From IMG/VR virus record IMGVR_UViG_3300000208_000001, positions 1 to 62,425 of that record: 62,425 nt of DNA; one strand, 5' to 3'. Shown one piece after another: positions 8,874 to 17,948 of the stretch. The notes under the pieces are model-generated. The model searched no databases. It saw nothing but the letters and a program-made list of their open reading frames with translations, and was not told the DNA's origin. This stretch comes from a virus (Duplodnaviria > Caudoviricetes). Numbering within the stretch: position 1 is the first letter of the stretch; every line of letters starts with the position of its first letter. The position numbers and the translations under genes were made by a program.

Positions 8874-10229
8874 TTGAGTCAAGCAATTGAAAAGCAGGAC
8901 GCCCCTTCGGGCTCGGTATTCACCGAACTCGGAAGCACCGGGCTGAAAGTTTCGGGCGGCCAGGTCATCGAGGACTTTCTGCCGCAACTTAGGACGCTCC
9001 AGCAGCGGGTACGGGTATACGAGGAGATGCGCTCCGACCCCACGGTGGGTGCGGTGCTGTTTGCCATTGAACAATTCGTCCGCGGGGCGTCGTGGGCTGT
9101 GGAGGCGGCGGGGGAGTCGGACCAGGAGAAGCGCGACGCCGACTTCTTGCGAGAGATTGTGCACGGCATGTCGCACACTTGGTCTGATTTTGTGAACGAG
9201 GCCCTGACAATGCTTCCTTTCGGTTTCTCGGTCGCCGAAATCTGCTACAAGCGGGCACCGGACGGATCGATTCGATGGAAGAAGCTCCCCTTTAGAGCGC
9301 AGGAAACGATTTGGGAGTGGCTTTTTGACGAAGAAGGCGGCATCAAGGGGATCAAACAGAGTGCCGATTGGGCGCAAGGCAGGGCGGGATTTGTCGAAAT
9401 CCCGATTGAGAAACTGCTACTTTTTCGTACCACGAGCAACAAAGGTAATCCCGAGGGCCGTAGTGTGCTCCGGTCGGCATACAAACCGTGGTACTACAAA
9501 AAGCGCATCGAAATTATCGAGGCCATCGGAATCGAGCGGGATCTAGCAGGCTATCCGACGCTCTACGTCCCCGACGAGATTTTCATGGACAACGAAGAGG
9601 CAAAATCTAAGCTACAACTAGCCATCGAGATTGTGACCCGCATCCGAAAAGATGAGAACATGGGTGCGGTCATGCCCGCGTCGTGGAAACAGGCGGGCGG
9701 GCTTCAACTCCTCTCATCCGAAGGCTCGAAGACGATGGACACCGAGCGGGTGATTCAGCGTTACGACGCCCGGATCGCCATGTCGGTCCTCTCCGACATC
9801 ATCCTGATGGGACACGAGAACGCGGGATCCTACGCCTTGGCCGAAGTGAAGCGAAGTCTTCTTGGGCAGGCGATGATGACGTGGCTTGACATCATCGCCG
9901 AGGTGGTGAACCGCTACGCCGTGCCGCGGCTGTTTGCGCTCAACGGACGCGACCTGCCGCGCGAGCGCCTGCCCCGTTTCGTCCACGGCCCTGTGGTCAA
10001 CGTCGATCCGAAGACACTGGCCGACATCATCTTCCGGCTGGCGGGTGTGGACGCGCTCAGGACCGACCCTGAACTTCGCAAGTTCCTGCGTAAGTTCCTG
10101 GGGCTTCCCGAGGCGGAGTCGGACGAGATCGAGGAGTCGCAGGCGCTCTTGGAAGCCCGAGAACGAGACGCCATCGGCAGGGCTTTGGCCGGGAGGCGCG
10201 ACAATGAGACACGCCCACCTGCACTTTGA
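8874..10229 (+). CDS. Portal protein (DUF935/Mu gp29-like)
   Basis: YEEMRSDPTVG, GNPEGRSVLRSAY, GSYALAEV motifs; follows terL; TTG start after GGAGGAGG. Confidence 0.88.
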   Translation: MSQAIEKQDAPSGSVFTELGSTGLKVSGGQVIEDFLPQLRTLQQRVRVYEEMRSDPTVGAVLFAIEQFVRGASWAVEAAGESDQEKRDADFLREIVHGMSHTWSDFVNEALTMLPFGFSVAEICYKRAPDGSIRWKKLPFRAQETIWEWLFDEEGGIKGIKQSADWAQGRAGFVEIPIEKLLLFRTTSNKGNPEGRSVLRSAYKPWYYKKRIEIIEAIGIERDLAGYPTLYVPDEIFMDNEEAKSKLQLAIEIVTRIRKDENMGAVMPASWKQAGGLQLLSSEGSKTMDTERVIQRYDARIAMSVLSDIILMGHENAGSYALAEVKRSLLGQAMMTWLDIIAEVVNRYAVPRLFALNGRDLPRERLPRFVHGPVVNVDPKTLADIIFRLAGVDALRTDPELRKFLRKFLGLPEAESDEIEESQALLEARERDAIGRALAGRRDNETRPPAL

Positions 10230-11115
10230 GGACGTGCTGAAGCAGGAGGACGGGATCGCCCGCCTCGCTGACGCATTTCTTGCGAAGCAGGCGCTTCGCC
10301 CAGAACCTGCGTGGTATGCCGACCTCTTGGAGGAGCACCAGGCGGAAATCTCCGTCGCGGTGCTCCTTTGGTTTTCCGAGGTGCAGGATGCTTTGGCGGC
10401 TCGGGATTGGTTCGAATGGACTGATCCGTTCCTGTGGATCGCGCTCGAAGAAAGGCTTGCAGCGCTCCTTGCGCCCCGGCTACGGGAAGCTGCACGCGCC
10501 TCTGCTCGTCGCCAAGCCGTCGAAGAAGACGAACCGATCGCGCTCCGCCAAGCCGACCTCGAGATTGCATTGTGGGCGGGGTCCGAGGCCGCAAGGCAGG
10601 CACGTCTCATTGCCGAGGAAACGCGGCTTGCCGTGATCGAGTCGATGATGGCGCTCACCGATGCAGGGGCGGCGGAGACTCGGACGTTCAACGCTCTCCT
10701 CGGCTCCGGCCTGTTCGCCTTGAACCGACGTTTCGCCAGGGCCGTGGTTCGCCCCCTCCTTGTGGATGCGACGGAAGGGATCGCCGAGGCCGTTGAAAAC
10801 GCCCGCCGCCTGCTCGACGTGCGCCGCGTGATGATCGAGGAGCAAAACGCCGTGTCGAGCGTACTCCAAGGCGCGCTTATTGCGGGCCTTCTGTGGGAAC
10901 GGGACGGCAAGCTCGTCACCAAGACGTTCTTGACACAGGCGGACGAGAGGGTCTGTCCCCGTTGCGCCTCGATCCACGGGCAGGAACTCCCGCTACGTGG
11001 TCTGTTTGCCACGGAGGAAGGCGACTTGGTGAACGGGCCTCCTTTGCATCCACTGTGCCGATGCTTCCTGCGCGTTTCGGTGCGTCCCCTTGAAAACGGC
11101 CTGCTTGTTGCCTAG
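10204..11115 (+). CDS. Minor head morphogenesis protein (SPP1 gp7/Mu gpF-like)
   Basis: DERVCPRC...PPLHPLCRC. Confidence 0.85.
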   Translation: MRHAHLHFEDVLKQEDGIARLADAFLAKQALRPEPAWYADLLEEHQAEISVAVLLWFSEVQDALAARDWFEWTDPFLWIALEERLAALLAPRLREAARASARRQAVEEDEPIALRQADLEIALWAGSEAARQARLIAEETRLAVIESMMALTDAGAAETRTFNALLGSGLFALNRRFARAVVRPLLVDATEGIAEAVENARRLLDVRRVMIEEQNAVSSVLQGALIAGLLWERDGKLVTKTFLTQADERVCPRCASIHGQELPLRGLFATEEGDLVNGPPLHPLCRCFLRVSVRPLENGLLVA

Positions 11116-11131
11116 AGGGAGGTGATGCCTA

Positions 11132-11833
11132 TTGCCGTATGAGCGAAACGCCGACATTCCGAAGCCCGTCCGCGATGCGCTCCCTGCGGAAGCCCAAACG
11201 GTTTGGCGCAAAGCGTTCAACTCCATCGAAGCGGATACGGGCGACGAATCACGCGCGGCGGCAGGAGCATGGGCAGCGGTGCAACGCGCCGGTTGGACGA
11301 AGAACGAGGACGGGAAGTGGGTGAAGGTGACGAAACAGGGCCGATTCATCGCCAAGAGCGACAAGAAGCATTACACCCTTGGCATCGTCTACGAACCCGA
11401 CGAGGTGGATACCCAAGGCGACTTTACCGACGCCGCCGAGATCGAGAAGGCATGCTGGAACTTCATGCGCCGGCTGCAAGGACAGGACGCTTTGACCAAG
11501 ACCGCCTTGCGGGTGCTCGAAGAGGTTGTGAAGGCCGCGGAAAGCGGCAAGAGCTTGCGCCTTGACATCACCGACGCCTACGAAGAGGTGACGAAGCGCG
11601 GCCTGAACGACATGCACGTTTCGAGTGAGGACGACGAGAACCTCGGCACCATCGTCGAGTGTTACATTGCGCCGGCCGACTTCGAGATCAACGGCGAGAC
11701 GGTGAAGAAGGGCACCTGGCTTCTCGGGGTGGTATGGAATCCCGATTACTTTGCCAAGATCGAGAAGGGCGAGCGCACGGGTTTGAGCCTCGAAGGAACG
11801 GCCGTGCGCGTGGAGGTGAATGAAATTGCCTAG
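11132..11833 (+). CDS. ChaB domain fused to XkdF-like prohead serine protease
   Basis: MPY...VRDALPAEAQTVWRKAFN (ChaB-like); VYEPDEVDTQGD...GLSLEG (XkdF-like). Confidence 0.75.
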   Translation: MPYERNADIPKPVRDALPAEAQTVWRKAFNSIEADTGDESRAAAGAWAAVQRAGWTKNEDGKWVKVTKQGRFIAKSDKKHYTLGIVYEPDEVDTQGDFTDAAEIEKACWNFMRRLQGQDALTKTALRVLEEVVKAAESGKSLRLDITDAYEEVTKRGLNDMHVSSEDDENLGTIVECYIAPADFEINGETVKKGTWLLGVVWNPDYFAKIEKGERTGLSLEGTAVRVEVNEIA

Positions 11834-12728
11834 GAAGCTGGTGGATTTAGAGGTTCACGCGGTCGCTGGCGTCGACAAAGCGGCGAACCGCAGGCGATTT
11901 TTGGTAGTCAAGCGGGCCGAAGAATCGGAAGATGCGACAACCGCCGACCACGATGGTATCGCAAATGAAAAAGACCAATCCATCCTGAAGGCCGCTTGGA
12001 GCATCATCGCAAAGCACTTGGGACTTAGCGCCAAGGACGCGACGGTGCAGGAAGCCTCGCGGATCATTGAAGCGCTTCCCGAGGCCAAGGAGAAAGGAGA
12101 CACGAACATGGCACAGACCGGAACGCAGAACGTTGACCTGGACGCCATTCTGAAGGACGCGTCCGATGAGGTGAAGGCCGCGGTCAAGGCCGCTTTCGCC
12201 AAGCAGGAAGAAAAGCTGGCCGAGCTTCAGAAGCAAGTGGACGAACTCTCGAAGAAGGGTGAGGGTAACGCCGACGACATCAACAAGGCCGACCTCCCCG
12301 AGCACGTCCGCAAGCGCCTGGAGGATCTGGAGAAGAGGGCGAAGGAAGCCGAGGAGATCGCCAAGGCCGAGCGAGAGGCGCGCGTGAGGGCGGAAATCCG
12401 CAAGCGCGCCGAGGGCTATGCCAACGTCGGCGAGGTCGAGAAGATCGCCGAGGCCATCTACAAGGCCCAGAGCGTGTCGGCTGAGTTCGCGGAGCAGCTT
12501 GAGACGCTGTTGAAGAGTGCCCACGAGCGGATCGAGAAGGGTGATCTCTTCAAGGAGTTTGGTTCGGGAGCCGGTGACAGCGCCTCCACGGCCTGGGGCA
12601 AGATCGAAGCCGCGGCCGCCGAGATCATGAAGGCGACCCCCTCCATGACTCGTCCGCAGGCTATCGCGAAGGCGTTGGAAGCGAATCCGGAACTTGAGAA
12701 GGCATACTACGAGGAGGTGCGTCGGTAA
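11820..12728 (+). CDS. Capsid scaffolding protein (possible internal start at 12108)
   Basis: Coiled-coil, Ala/Glu/Lys-rich; precedes capsid genes; internal AAAGGAGA-ATG. Confidence 0.7.
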   Translation: MKLPRKLVDLEVHAVAGVDKAANRRRFLVVKRAEESEDATTADHDGIANEKDQSILKAAWSIIAKHLGLSAKDATVQEASRIIEALPEAKEKGDTNMAQTGTQNVDLDAILKDASDEVKAAVKAAFAKQEEKLAELQKQVDELSKKGEGNADDINKADLPEHVRKRLEDLEKRAKEAEEIAKAEREARVRAEIRKRAEGYANVGEVEKIAEAIYKAQSVSAEFAEQLETLLKSAHERIEKGDLFKEFGSGAGDSASTAWGKIEAAAAEIMKATPSMTRPQAIAKALEANPELEKAYYEEVRR

Positions 12729-13111
12729 TGGCGACTGAAGGGCGTCAGGACCTTTGGAGTTTCAGGGCCGCCGCGGACCTGAGCGCCAAGCAGTACCATA
12801 TCGTGAAGCTCGACGCGAACGGGGAACTGGTTCTTGCAGGTGCGGGCGACGAGGGGTTCGTCCTCGCGGACGATCCCAAGAGCGGCGAGTATGGCAGCGT
12901 TGTCGTCTCAGGGATCACGAAGGTCGTCGCAGGAACCGCCATCGCAGCGGGAGCGTATCTTTCGTCCGATGCGAACGGCAAGGCGGTTCCTGCGACCGAA
13001 ACAAACGTGACCGGAGGGACGACCGGCACGCACATCATCGGCCAGGCGCTTTCGTCCGCCTCCGGTGCGAATGAACTCGTGACCGTGGTTGTTGCACGCG
13101 GCCTGGCGTAA
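12728..13111 (+). CDS. Capsid decoration/cement protein (DUF2190-like)
   Basis: AAADLSAKQY...AIAAGAYLSSDANGKAV; position before the major capsid gene. Confidence 0.7.
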   Translation: MATEGRQDLWSFRAAADLSAKQYHIVKLDANGELVLAGAGDEGFVLADDPKSGEYGSVVVSGITKVVAGTAIAAGAYLSSDANGKAVPATETNVTGGTTGTHIIGQALSSASGANELVTVVVARGLA

Positions 13112-13139
13112 CGAGAAAAAACCTAGAAAACCATGGGTG

Positions 13140-13162
13140 ACGGCCCTTCCCGGCCGTTTTTT
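13140..13162 (+). terminator. Intrinsic terminator
   Basis: ACGGCC-CTTCCC-GGCCGT followed by a T-run. Confidence 0.55.
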
Positions 13163-13192
13163 ATTGCCCGAAAACGAAAGGAAGGATGAACG

Positions 13193-14176
13193 ATGCCTCA
13201 GCCGACTCCGGCACAGATGCATGTGGATCGCTACCTGACAAACCTGTCGGTGGCGTTTGTCCAACAATCTCGCAACTTCGTGGCCGACAAGGTGTTCCCG
13301 GTCGTTCCGGTCGCAAAACAGAGTGATCTCTACCCCGTCTACGACCGAGGGTACTTCTTCCGGGACGAGATGCGTCCCCGTCCTCTCGGTGGCGAAGCGG
13401 CCAAGGCTGGTTACAAGGTGACGAACCAGCGTTACCACTGCGAGGAATTCGCCCTCGCCCACACCATCGACGACCGGGTGCGGGCCAATGCTGACCAACC
13501 CCTGAACCCCGACCGGGCGGGGATGCGGCTTCTCACGACCCAGGCGATGATCCACCGGGATCGAGACTGGTCGAGCAAATACTTCAAGACAGGTGTGTGG
13601 ACGACAGACCTGACGGGTGTTGCGTCGAACCCAACCGGCAATCAGTTCCTCCAGTTCGACCAGAGTGGTTCGGACCCCATCGGCGTCGTCGATGCGGAGA
13701 AAGACCGGATCGCCGAGACCACCGGGTATGAGCCGAACGTCCTGGTGATTGGCCGGAAGGTCTACCGGACGCTCCGCAACCACCCCGACATCATCGACCG
13801 GGTGAAGTACACGCAGCGGGGAGTGATCGACACCGAGATTCTCGCCTCGCTGTTCGGCGTGGAGAGAGTCGTCGTCCCCGGTTCCGTGCAGAACACGGCG
13901 GTGGAAGGCGCGGCGGACAACTTCTCATTCATCGTCGCTTCCGACGACATGCTCCTGGTCTACGCCGCTCCCGAGCCCGCCCTTGAGCAACCGTCCGGCG
14001 GCTACATCTTCGCTTGGACGGGCCTCATCCCCGGAGAGACAAACGCTTTCGGCGGCGTGATCCAACGCATGAGGGATGAGAAGGCCCACTCCGATCACTT
14101 GGAGATCCGGGTTGCCTACGACATGCACGTCGTGGCTCCCGACCTTGGGGTCTTCTTCGATTCTTGTGTCGCTTAA
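13193..14176 (+). CDS. Major capsid protein
   Basis: HVDRYLTNLSVAF...FVADKVFPVVPV; 327 aa; position in head module. Confidence 0.88.
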   Translation: MPQPTPAQMHVDRYLTNLSVAFVQQSRNFVADKVFPVVPVAKQSDLYPVYDRGYFFRDEMRPRPLGGEAAKAGYKVTNQRYHCEEFALAHTIDDRVRANADQPLNPDRAGMRLLTTQAMIHRDRDWSSKYFKTGVWTTDLTGVASNPTGNQFLQFDQSGSDPIGVVDAEKDRIAETTGYEPNVLVIGRKVYRTLRNHPDIIDRVKYTQRGVIDTEILASLFGVERVVVPGSVQNTAVEGAADNFSFIVASDDMLLVYAAPEPALEQPSGGYIFAWTGLIPGETNAFGGVIQRMRDEKAHSDHLEIRVAYDMHVVAPDLGVFFDSCVA

Positions 14177-14190
14177 TGCGGGGTGATGAC

Positions 14191-14511
14191 ATGGCTTACG
14201 TCGCAGTCCATCGTCTCAAGTGGGGCGATGGCTGGATCGAACCGGGCGAGGCGGTGCCGGAGGGGGATCCGGGGCGTAACTATGCCCACCTGCTTCGCCT
14301 AGGGATGATCGAGAGGGTCGATGCTCCTGCGGCCACACCCTCATACGCGATCAGATTCGAAGAGGGCGAAGTCGATTGGGAGGAGCTGTCCAAACGATAC
14401 CACAAGGCGTTTGGGCGCTACGAGATCCCCGGCATCGGGGTCGTCCAAGGGAAAGAGGCGGCGATTGAGGCGCTGAAGCAACAAGCGAATCAACAGAGCC
14501 CGGAGGGGTGA
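14191..14511 (+). CDS. Hypothetical head-associated protein
   Basis: RBS and ATG after the major capsid gene; synteny. Confidence 0.6.
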   Translation: MAYVAVHRLKWGDGWIEPGEAVPEGDPGRNYAHLLRLGMIERVDAPAATPSYAIRFEEGEVDWEELSKRYHKAFGRYEIPGIGVVQGKEAAIEALKQQANQQSPEG

Positions 14512-14515
14512 TCGC

Positions 14516-14899
14516 ATGGCGTTTGCCACTCCCAGTGTTGACAACGTGCGCGAAGAACTCGGATCCCCCTCCACGGACGACCTCTCGGACGAGACGATTC
14601 AGCGCTTGATCGACGAGGAAGGGACGCTTTTCGGCGCGGCCTTCCGGGGCGCGGAGATCCTCGCCCGGAAGTACGCGTTCAAAGCCGACCTAGCCGTGGG
14701 CGACTACCGCGAAGACTTCTCGGCCATCGCCAAGCGGTGGCAGGAGCTGGCCGCGGAACTGCGCCGCAAGGTCGCTCTCTACGGGGCGAAGCCATACGCC
14801 GGCGGTATCTCGAAGTCGGACAAGAAACGGATCGAGTCCGACACCGACAGGCCCGAACCGGATTTCCGCAGGGGCATGTGGGACAACAATTACACCTGA
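14516..14899 (+). CDS. Head-tail adaptor
   Basis: VREELG...LSDETIQRLI; synteny. Confidence 0.65.
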   Translation: MAFATPSVDNVREELGSPSTDDLSDETIQRLIDEEGTLFGAAFRGAEILARKYAFKADLAVGDYREDFSAIAKRWQELAAELRRKVALYGAKPYAGGISKSDKKRIESDTDRPEPDFRRGMWDNNYT

Positions 14900-14918
14900 C
14901 GGATCGAGGTGAGATGCC

Positions 14919-15296
14919 GTGCCGTTCGAAGACGCTCTGAACACCCTCGTCTCCATCGGCAAACTCACCGAGACGCAGGACCCGAGTACCGGCGACCTCG
15001 TAACGGCGTGGACCACCTCGTATGAGGCGAGAGCTTATCGACGTACCCTGCGCGGCTTGCAGCGTATGAGCGCCGACACATCGCAGGTGTTCGCCACGGA
15101 TCGCCTCTACATGCCCTTGGTCGATCTCGCGGGCAACCCGATGGCGCTCGATGAGACCATGGAGGCGGTCGAGGCGGTTCCGTTCGACTACAGTACGCAA
15201 AAAGACCTGCCTCGTTACCGCTTCAAACTCGTTAGCAAGCCGCACAACCATCACTACGAGGTCGATGCACTGCGGATCGGCCCAGGGGGGAGCTAA
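14919..15296 (+). CDS. Head closure/stopper protein
   Basis: Size and synteny; QDPSTGDL...HHYEV. Confidence 0.55.
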   Translation: MPFEDALNTLVSIGKLTETQDPSTGDLVTAWTTSYEARAYRRTLRGLQRMSADTSQVFATDRLYMPLVDLAGNPMALDETMEAVEAVPFDYSTQKDLPRYRFKLVSKPHNHHYEVDALRIGPGGS

Positions 15297-15297
15297 G

Positions 15298-15759
15298 GTG
15301 TCCAAGGCGACATTCAAGAGCAACCTCGCGGCGGCGCAGGCGCACTTCATCGAGAAGATCACGGCAGGGATGCTGGCGGCGCAAGAAGAGTATGCGCGGG
15401 ACATGAAGGTGACGCTCTCCCAAGAACCGCATGGGCGCTACTACAAGAACGCGGGCACGCCGTTCTGGTACGAAGTGAGCGGTCCCGGCCCTGGCGTGCA
15501 TCGCGCTTCGGCGCCGGGTGAACCACCCGCAGCCCTGTCGGGATTCTTACGCGACTCGATCGACTCGGGCGTCGTGTCGGTGACGAGAACGCAATATAAG
15601 GGCGCGGTGTCGACCGGAGCACCATATGCGGCCGTTCTGGAGTTCGGAGGCGAGGAATCAGAGGGAAAGGTCATCGAACCGCGTCCCGCGTGGCTTCCGA
15701 CGCTCCTATTCAACCGGAAGAAGTACCTGGAAGCTATTCAACGGCGCGTAGGGAGGTGA
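15298..15759 (+). CDS. HK97 gp10-like neck/tail completion protein
   Basis: HRASAPGEPPA...LRDSI...YAAVLEFG...PRPAW. Confidence 0.75.
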   Translation: MSKATFKSNLAAAQAHFIEKITAGMLAAQEEYARDMKVTLSQEPHGRYYKNAGTPFWYEVSGPGPGVHRASAPGEPPAALSGFLRDSIDSGVVSVTRTQYKGAVSTGAPYAAVLEFGGEESEGKVIEPRPAWLPTLLFNRKKYLEAIQRRVGR

Positions 15760-15766
15760 TGCGTAG

Positions 15767-16189
15767 GTGTCGCTTTGGACGCCGCTTCAATCGGCGATCT
15801 TTCAGCGCCTTACGCAACATGCCGCGTTCCAAAGCTCGGGAGCGACGGCCTACTATGTCTCCGACATCCCCGCAAACGCCGTATACCCCTACGTCGCATC
15901 ACCCGGCGATTCTCTATCGCAGCCGTGGTATACCATGTCGGACTCCAAGGGAGAAGAACTCCTGTGGAGCTTCCATGTCTGGTGCGACAAGGACCACGGC
16001 GGGGCGGCAAAGACGCGGGTGGTTGGCGATGCCGTGATGGAAGCGATGGACGATGCGTTGGTTGTGGTGGCAGGATACCGGACGCTCATGTTCCGGCGCA
16101 TCCTTTCGACCCAGCCGATGCGCCAAGAGGGCGATCCAAACCTGTTTCAACAGGTCATCCGTTATCGGGTGATCTTAGAGAAGGCGTAG
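15767..16189 (+). CDS. Tail terminator (DUF3168-like)
   Basis: LQSAIFQRL...YPYV...HVW; synteny. Confidence 0.7.
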   Translation: MSLWTPLQSAIFQRLTQHAAFQSSGATAYYVSDIPANAVYPYVASPGDSLSQPWYTMSDSKGEELLWSFHVWCDKDHGGAAKTRVVGDAVMEAMDDALVVVAGYRTLMFRRILSTQPMRQEGDPNLFQQVIRYRVILEKA

Positions 16190-16217
16190 TCAGAAACAAG
16201 GAACCAAAGGTGCGTAA

Positions 16218-16248
16218 CGCGGCTCAGGCTCATGCTTGGGCCGCTTTT
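16218..16248 (+). terminator. Intrinsic terminator
   Basis: GCGGCTCAGGC-TCAT-GCTTGGGCCGC followed by TTTT. Confidence 0.55.
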
Positions 16249-16276
16249 CGCGCGCGAACAAAGGAGGAGGAAGAAC

Positions 16277-16681
16277 ATGGGCACTCCGGCCTATCAGAAG
16301 AAAGTGAAGGTCAGCACGGATGGCATTGCGTGGAACGACCTGCCCGCGACTACGTCATCCATGAACCACGGGGGCGACCTCCTGGACGACACGGAACTCG
16401 CGACGAACGCGGGATATCGGAGCCGCATCTACGGGCTTCGGGATTGGAGCGTCTCTGCGACCTGCAACTGGAAGAGCGGGGATGCGGCGCTGACGGCGGT
16501 TCGAAACGCGTGGCTGAATCGCACGGACCTCTTCGTTCAGTACCTTCCCGACGGCCAGGTGGCGAACGGCTTCGAAGGCCCCGTCCGCGTCGAGACGTTC
16601 AACATGTCGGGCGACGTTGGAGGACTCGAAACCGTCGAGATCAGCCTGCAAGCGGCGGGACCGTTGGGTCCGGCGTCGTAA
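16277..16681 (+). CDS. Tail tube protein 1
   Basis: DLLDDTE...YRSRIYGLRDWSVS; strong RBS. Confidence 0.75.
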   Translation: MGTPAYQKKVKVSTDGIAWNDLPATTSSMNHGGDLLDDTELATNAGYRSRIYGLRDWSVSATCNWKSGDAALTAVRNAWLNRTDLFVQYLPDGQVANGFEGPVRVETFNMSGDVGGLETVEISLQAAGPLGPAS

Positions 16682-16694
16682 GGAGGGGTGAGCG

Positions 16695-17339
16695 ATGGGC
16701 TCCCCTGGATGGAAGGCGACCGTCAAGCGAAGCGGCACGTCCACCCAATTCACGGACGAAGCCGCTTCGCTTGTTTCGGGGAAGACGTATCAAATCGACG
16801 ATGAGACAAAGCAGGTGTGGGACCGAGAACAACCCGTCACAGTCAAGGATAACGGCGTTTTGGTGGATAGCTCTAACATCGAGTTCATTGACTACCTCTT
16901 CGGCAAGGTGACGTTCACCGCCGGGTATACGGTGACGGGGCCAGTCACTGTGAGCGGGAGCTACCTTCCGATGCAAGCGGTGGCGGGGGCGAACGCCTAC
17001 AACCTGAACCATACGGGCGACCTTCTCGACGACACCGACTTCGAGGGAGCGCAGGCAAACGGGGGCTACCGGACGCGCCTCTACGGCCTTCGGGACGTGT
17101 CGGCGTCGATTACGCGATGGGACGATCTATCGAAGACGTTCGCCGACATCATCAAGAACCGAAGCGTCGTGGTCATCGAAATCCGCCCTGGAGGTGGGCC
17201 AGACGTATTCCGGGCGTTCATGGTCGCTGAGAGCGCAAACGAATCCGGCGACGTAGCGGCTCTGGAGTCCGAGGAAATCAGCTTCCAACTCGATGGTGAA
17301 GGCGTCGGCAAGGCGTTTAGTTGGGATACGGAAAGCTAA
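16695..17339 (+). CDS. Tail tube protein paralogue 2 with inserted beta domain
   Basis: C-terminal half NHTGDLLDDTDF...YRTRLYGLRDVSAS is paralogous to tube 1. Confidence 0.7.
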   Translation: MGSPGWKATVKRSGTSTQFTDEAASLVSGKTYQIDDETKQVWDREQPVTVKDNGVLVDSSNIEFIDYLFGKVTFTAGYTVTGPVTVSGSYLPMQAVAGANAYNLNHTGDLLDDTDFEGAQANGGYRTRLYGLRDVSASITRWDDLSKTFADIIKNRSVVVIEIRPGGGPDVFRAFMVAESANESGDVAALESEEISFQLDGEGVGKAFSWDTES

Positions 17340-17350
17340 GGAGGTTCGTT

Positions 17351-17755
17351 ATGGCTGCCAAGGAGCAGAGTTTGCGAGATAGGCTGCGTGCCAAGACCCT
17401 CGGTGCGGGTGGAAAGCGCAAAGAAGAAATCGTGGAGATCGACGGCGAGACGTTTATCGTGCGACAGCCCACAGTGGCCCAACGAAGCGACATCCTGAAG
17501 CGGAGCAAAGCGAACACCGGCGACACCGAGCGCGTCGACATCGGCGAGATGCAGGTGTGGGCGGTGATTCACTGCACCTACACTCCCGAAGGGGAGCAGG
17601 TGTTCGAGGAAGCGGACTATGACGCCCTCAAGAATCAGCCGACCGGCGGGTTCGTCGACCAACTCGGTGCGGCGGCGCTTAGGCTCATGAACGTCGCGGC
17701 GGTGGATGCAAAAAACTCCGAACCGACCACGAACGCCAACTCCTCTTCCGAATAG
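17351..17755 (+). CDS. Tail assembly chaperone (gpG-like)
   Basis: Precedes the tape measure gene; carries a slippery A_AAA_AAC. Confidence 0.8.
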   Translation: MAAKEQSLRDRLRAKTLGAGGKRKEEIVEIDGETFIVRQPTVAQRSDILKRSKANTGDTERVDIGEMQVWAVIHCTYTPEGEQVFEEADYDALKNQPTGGFVDQLGAAALRLMNVAAVDAKNSEPTTNANSSSE

Positions 17756-17904
17756 CGAAGGAGACGGGCACGTGGGACGTGGACGGCATGGCCGAGCGCA
17801 TGTCCACATCCCTCATGTTTGAGTGGGCCGAGTGGTTCCAGATGGAGCACGAAGCCGAGAAGAAAGCGCTCGAAAAGGCCAAAAGCAAGCCGAGAAGGCG
17901 GTAA
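17710..17904 (+). other. Programmed -1 frameshift extension (gpGT-like)
   Basis: In-frame A AAA AAC at 17710-17716; the -1 frame is open (LRTDHERQLLFRIAKETG...EWAEWF) to TAA 17904. Confidence 0.85.
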
Positions 17905-17948
17905 CGATCAAGCCCCGGCAAGGGGCTTTTCCCTTTTGATTTGAGGAG

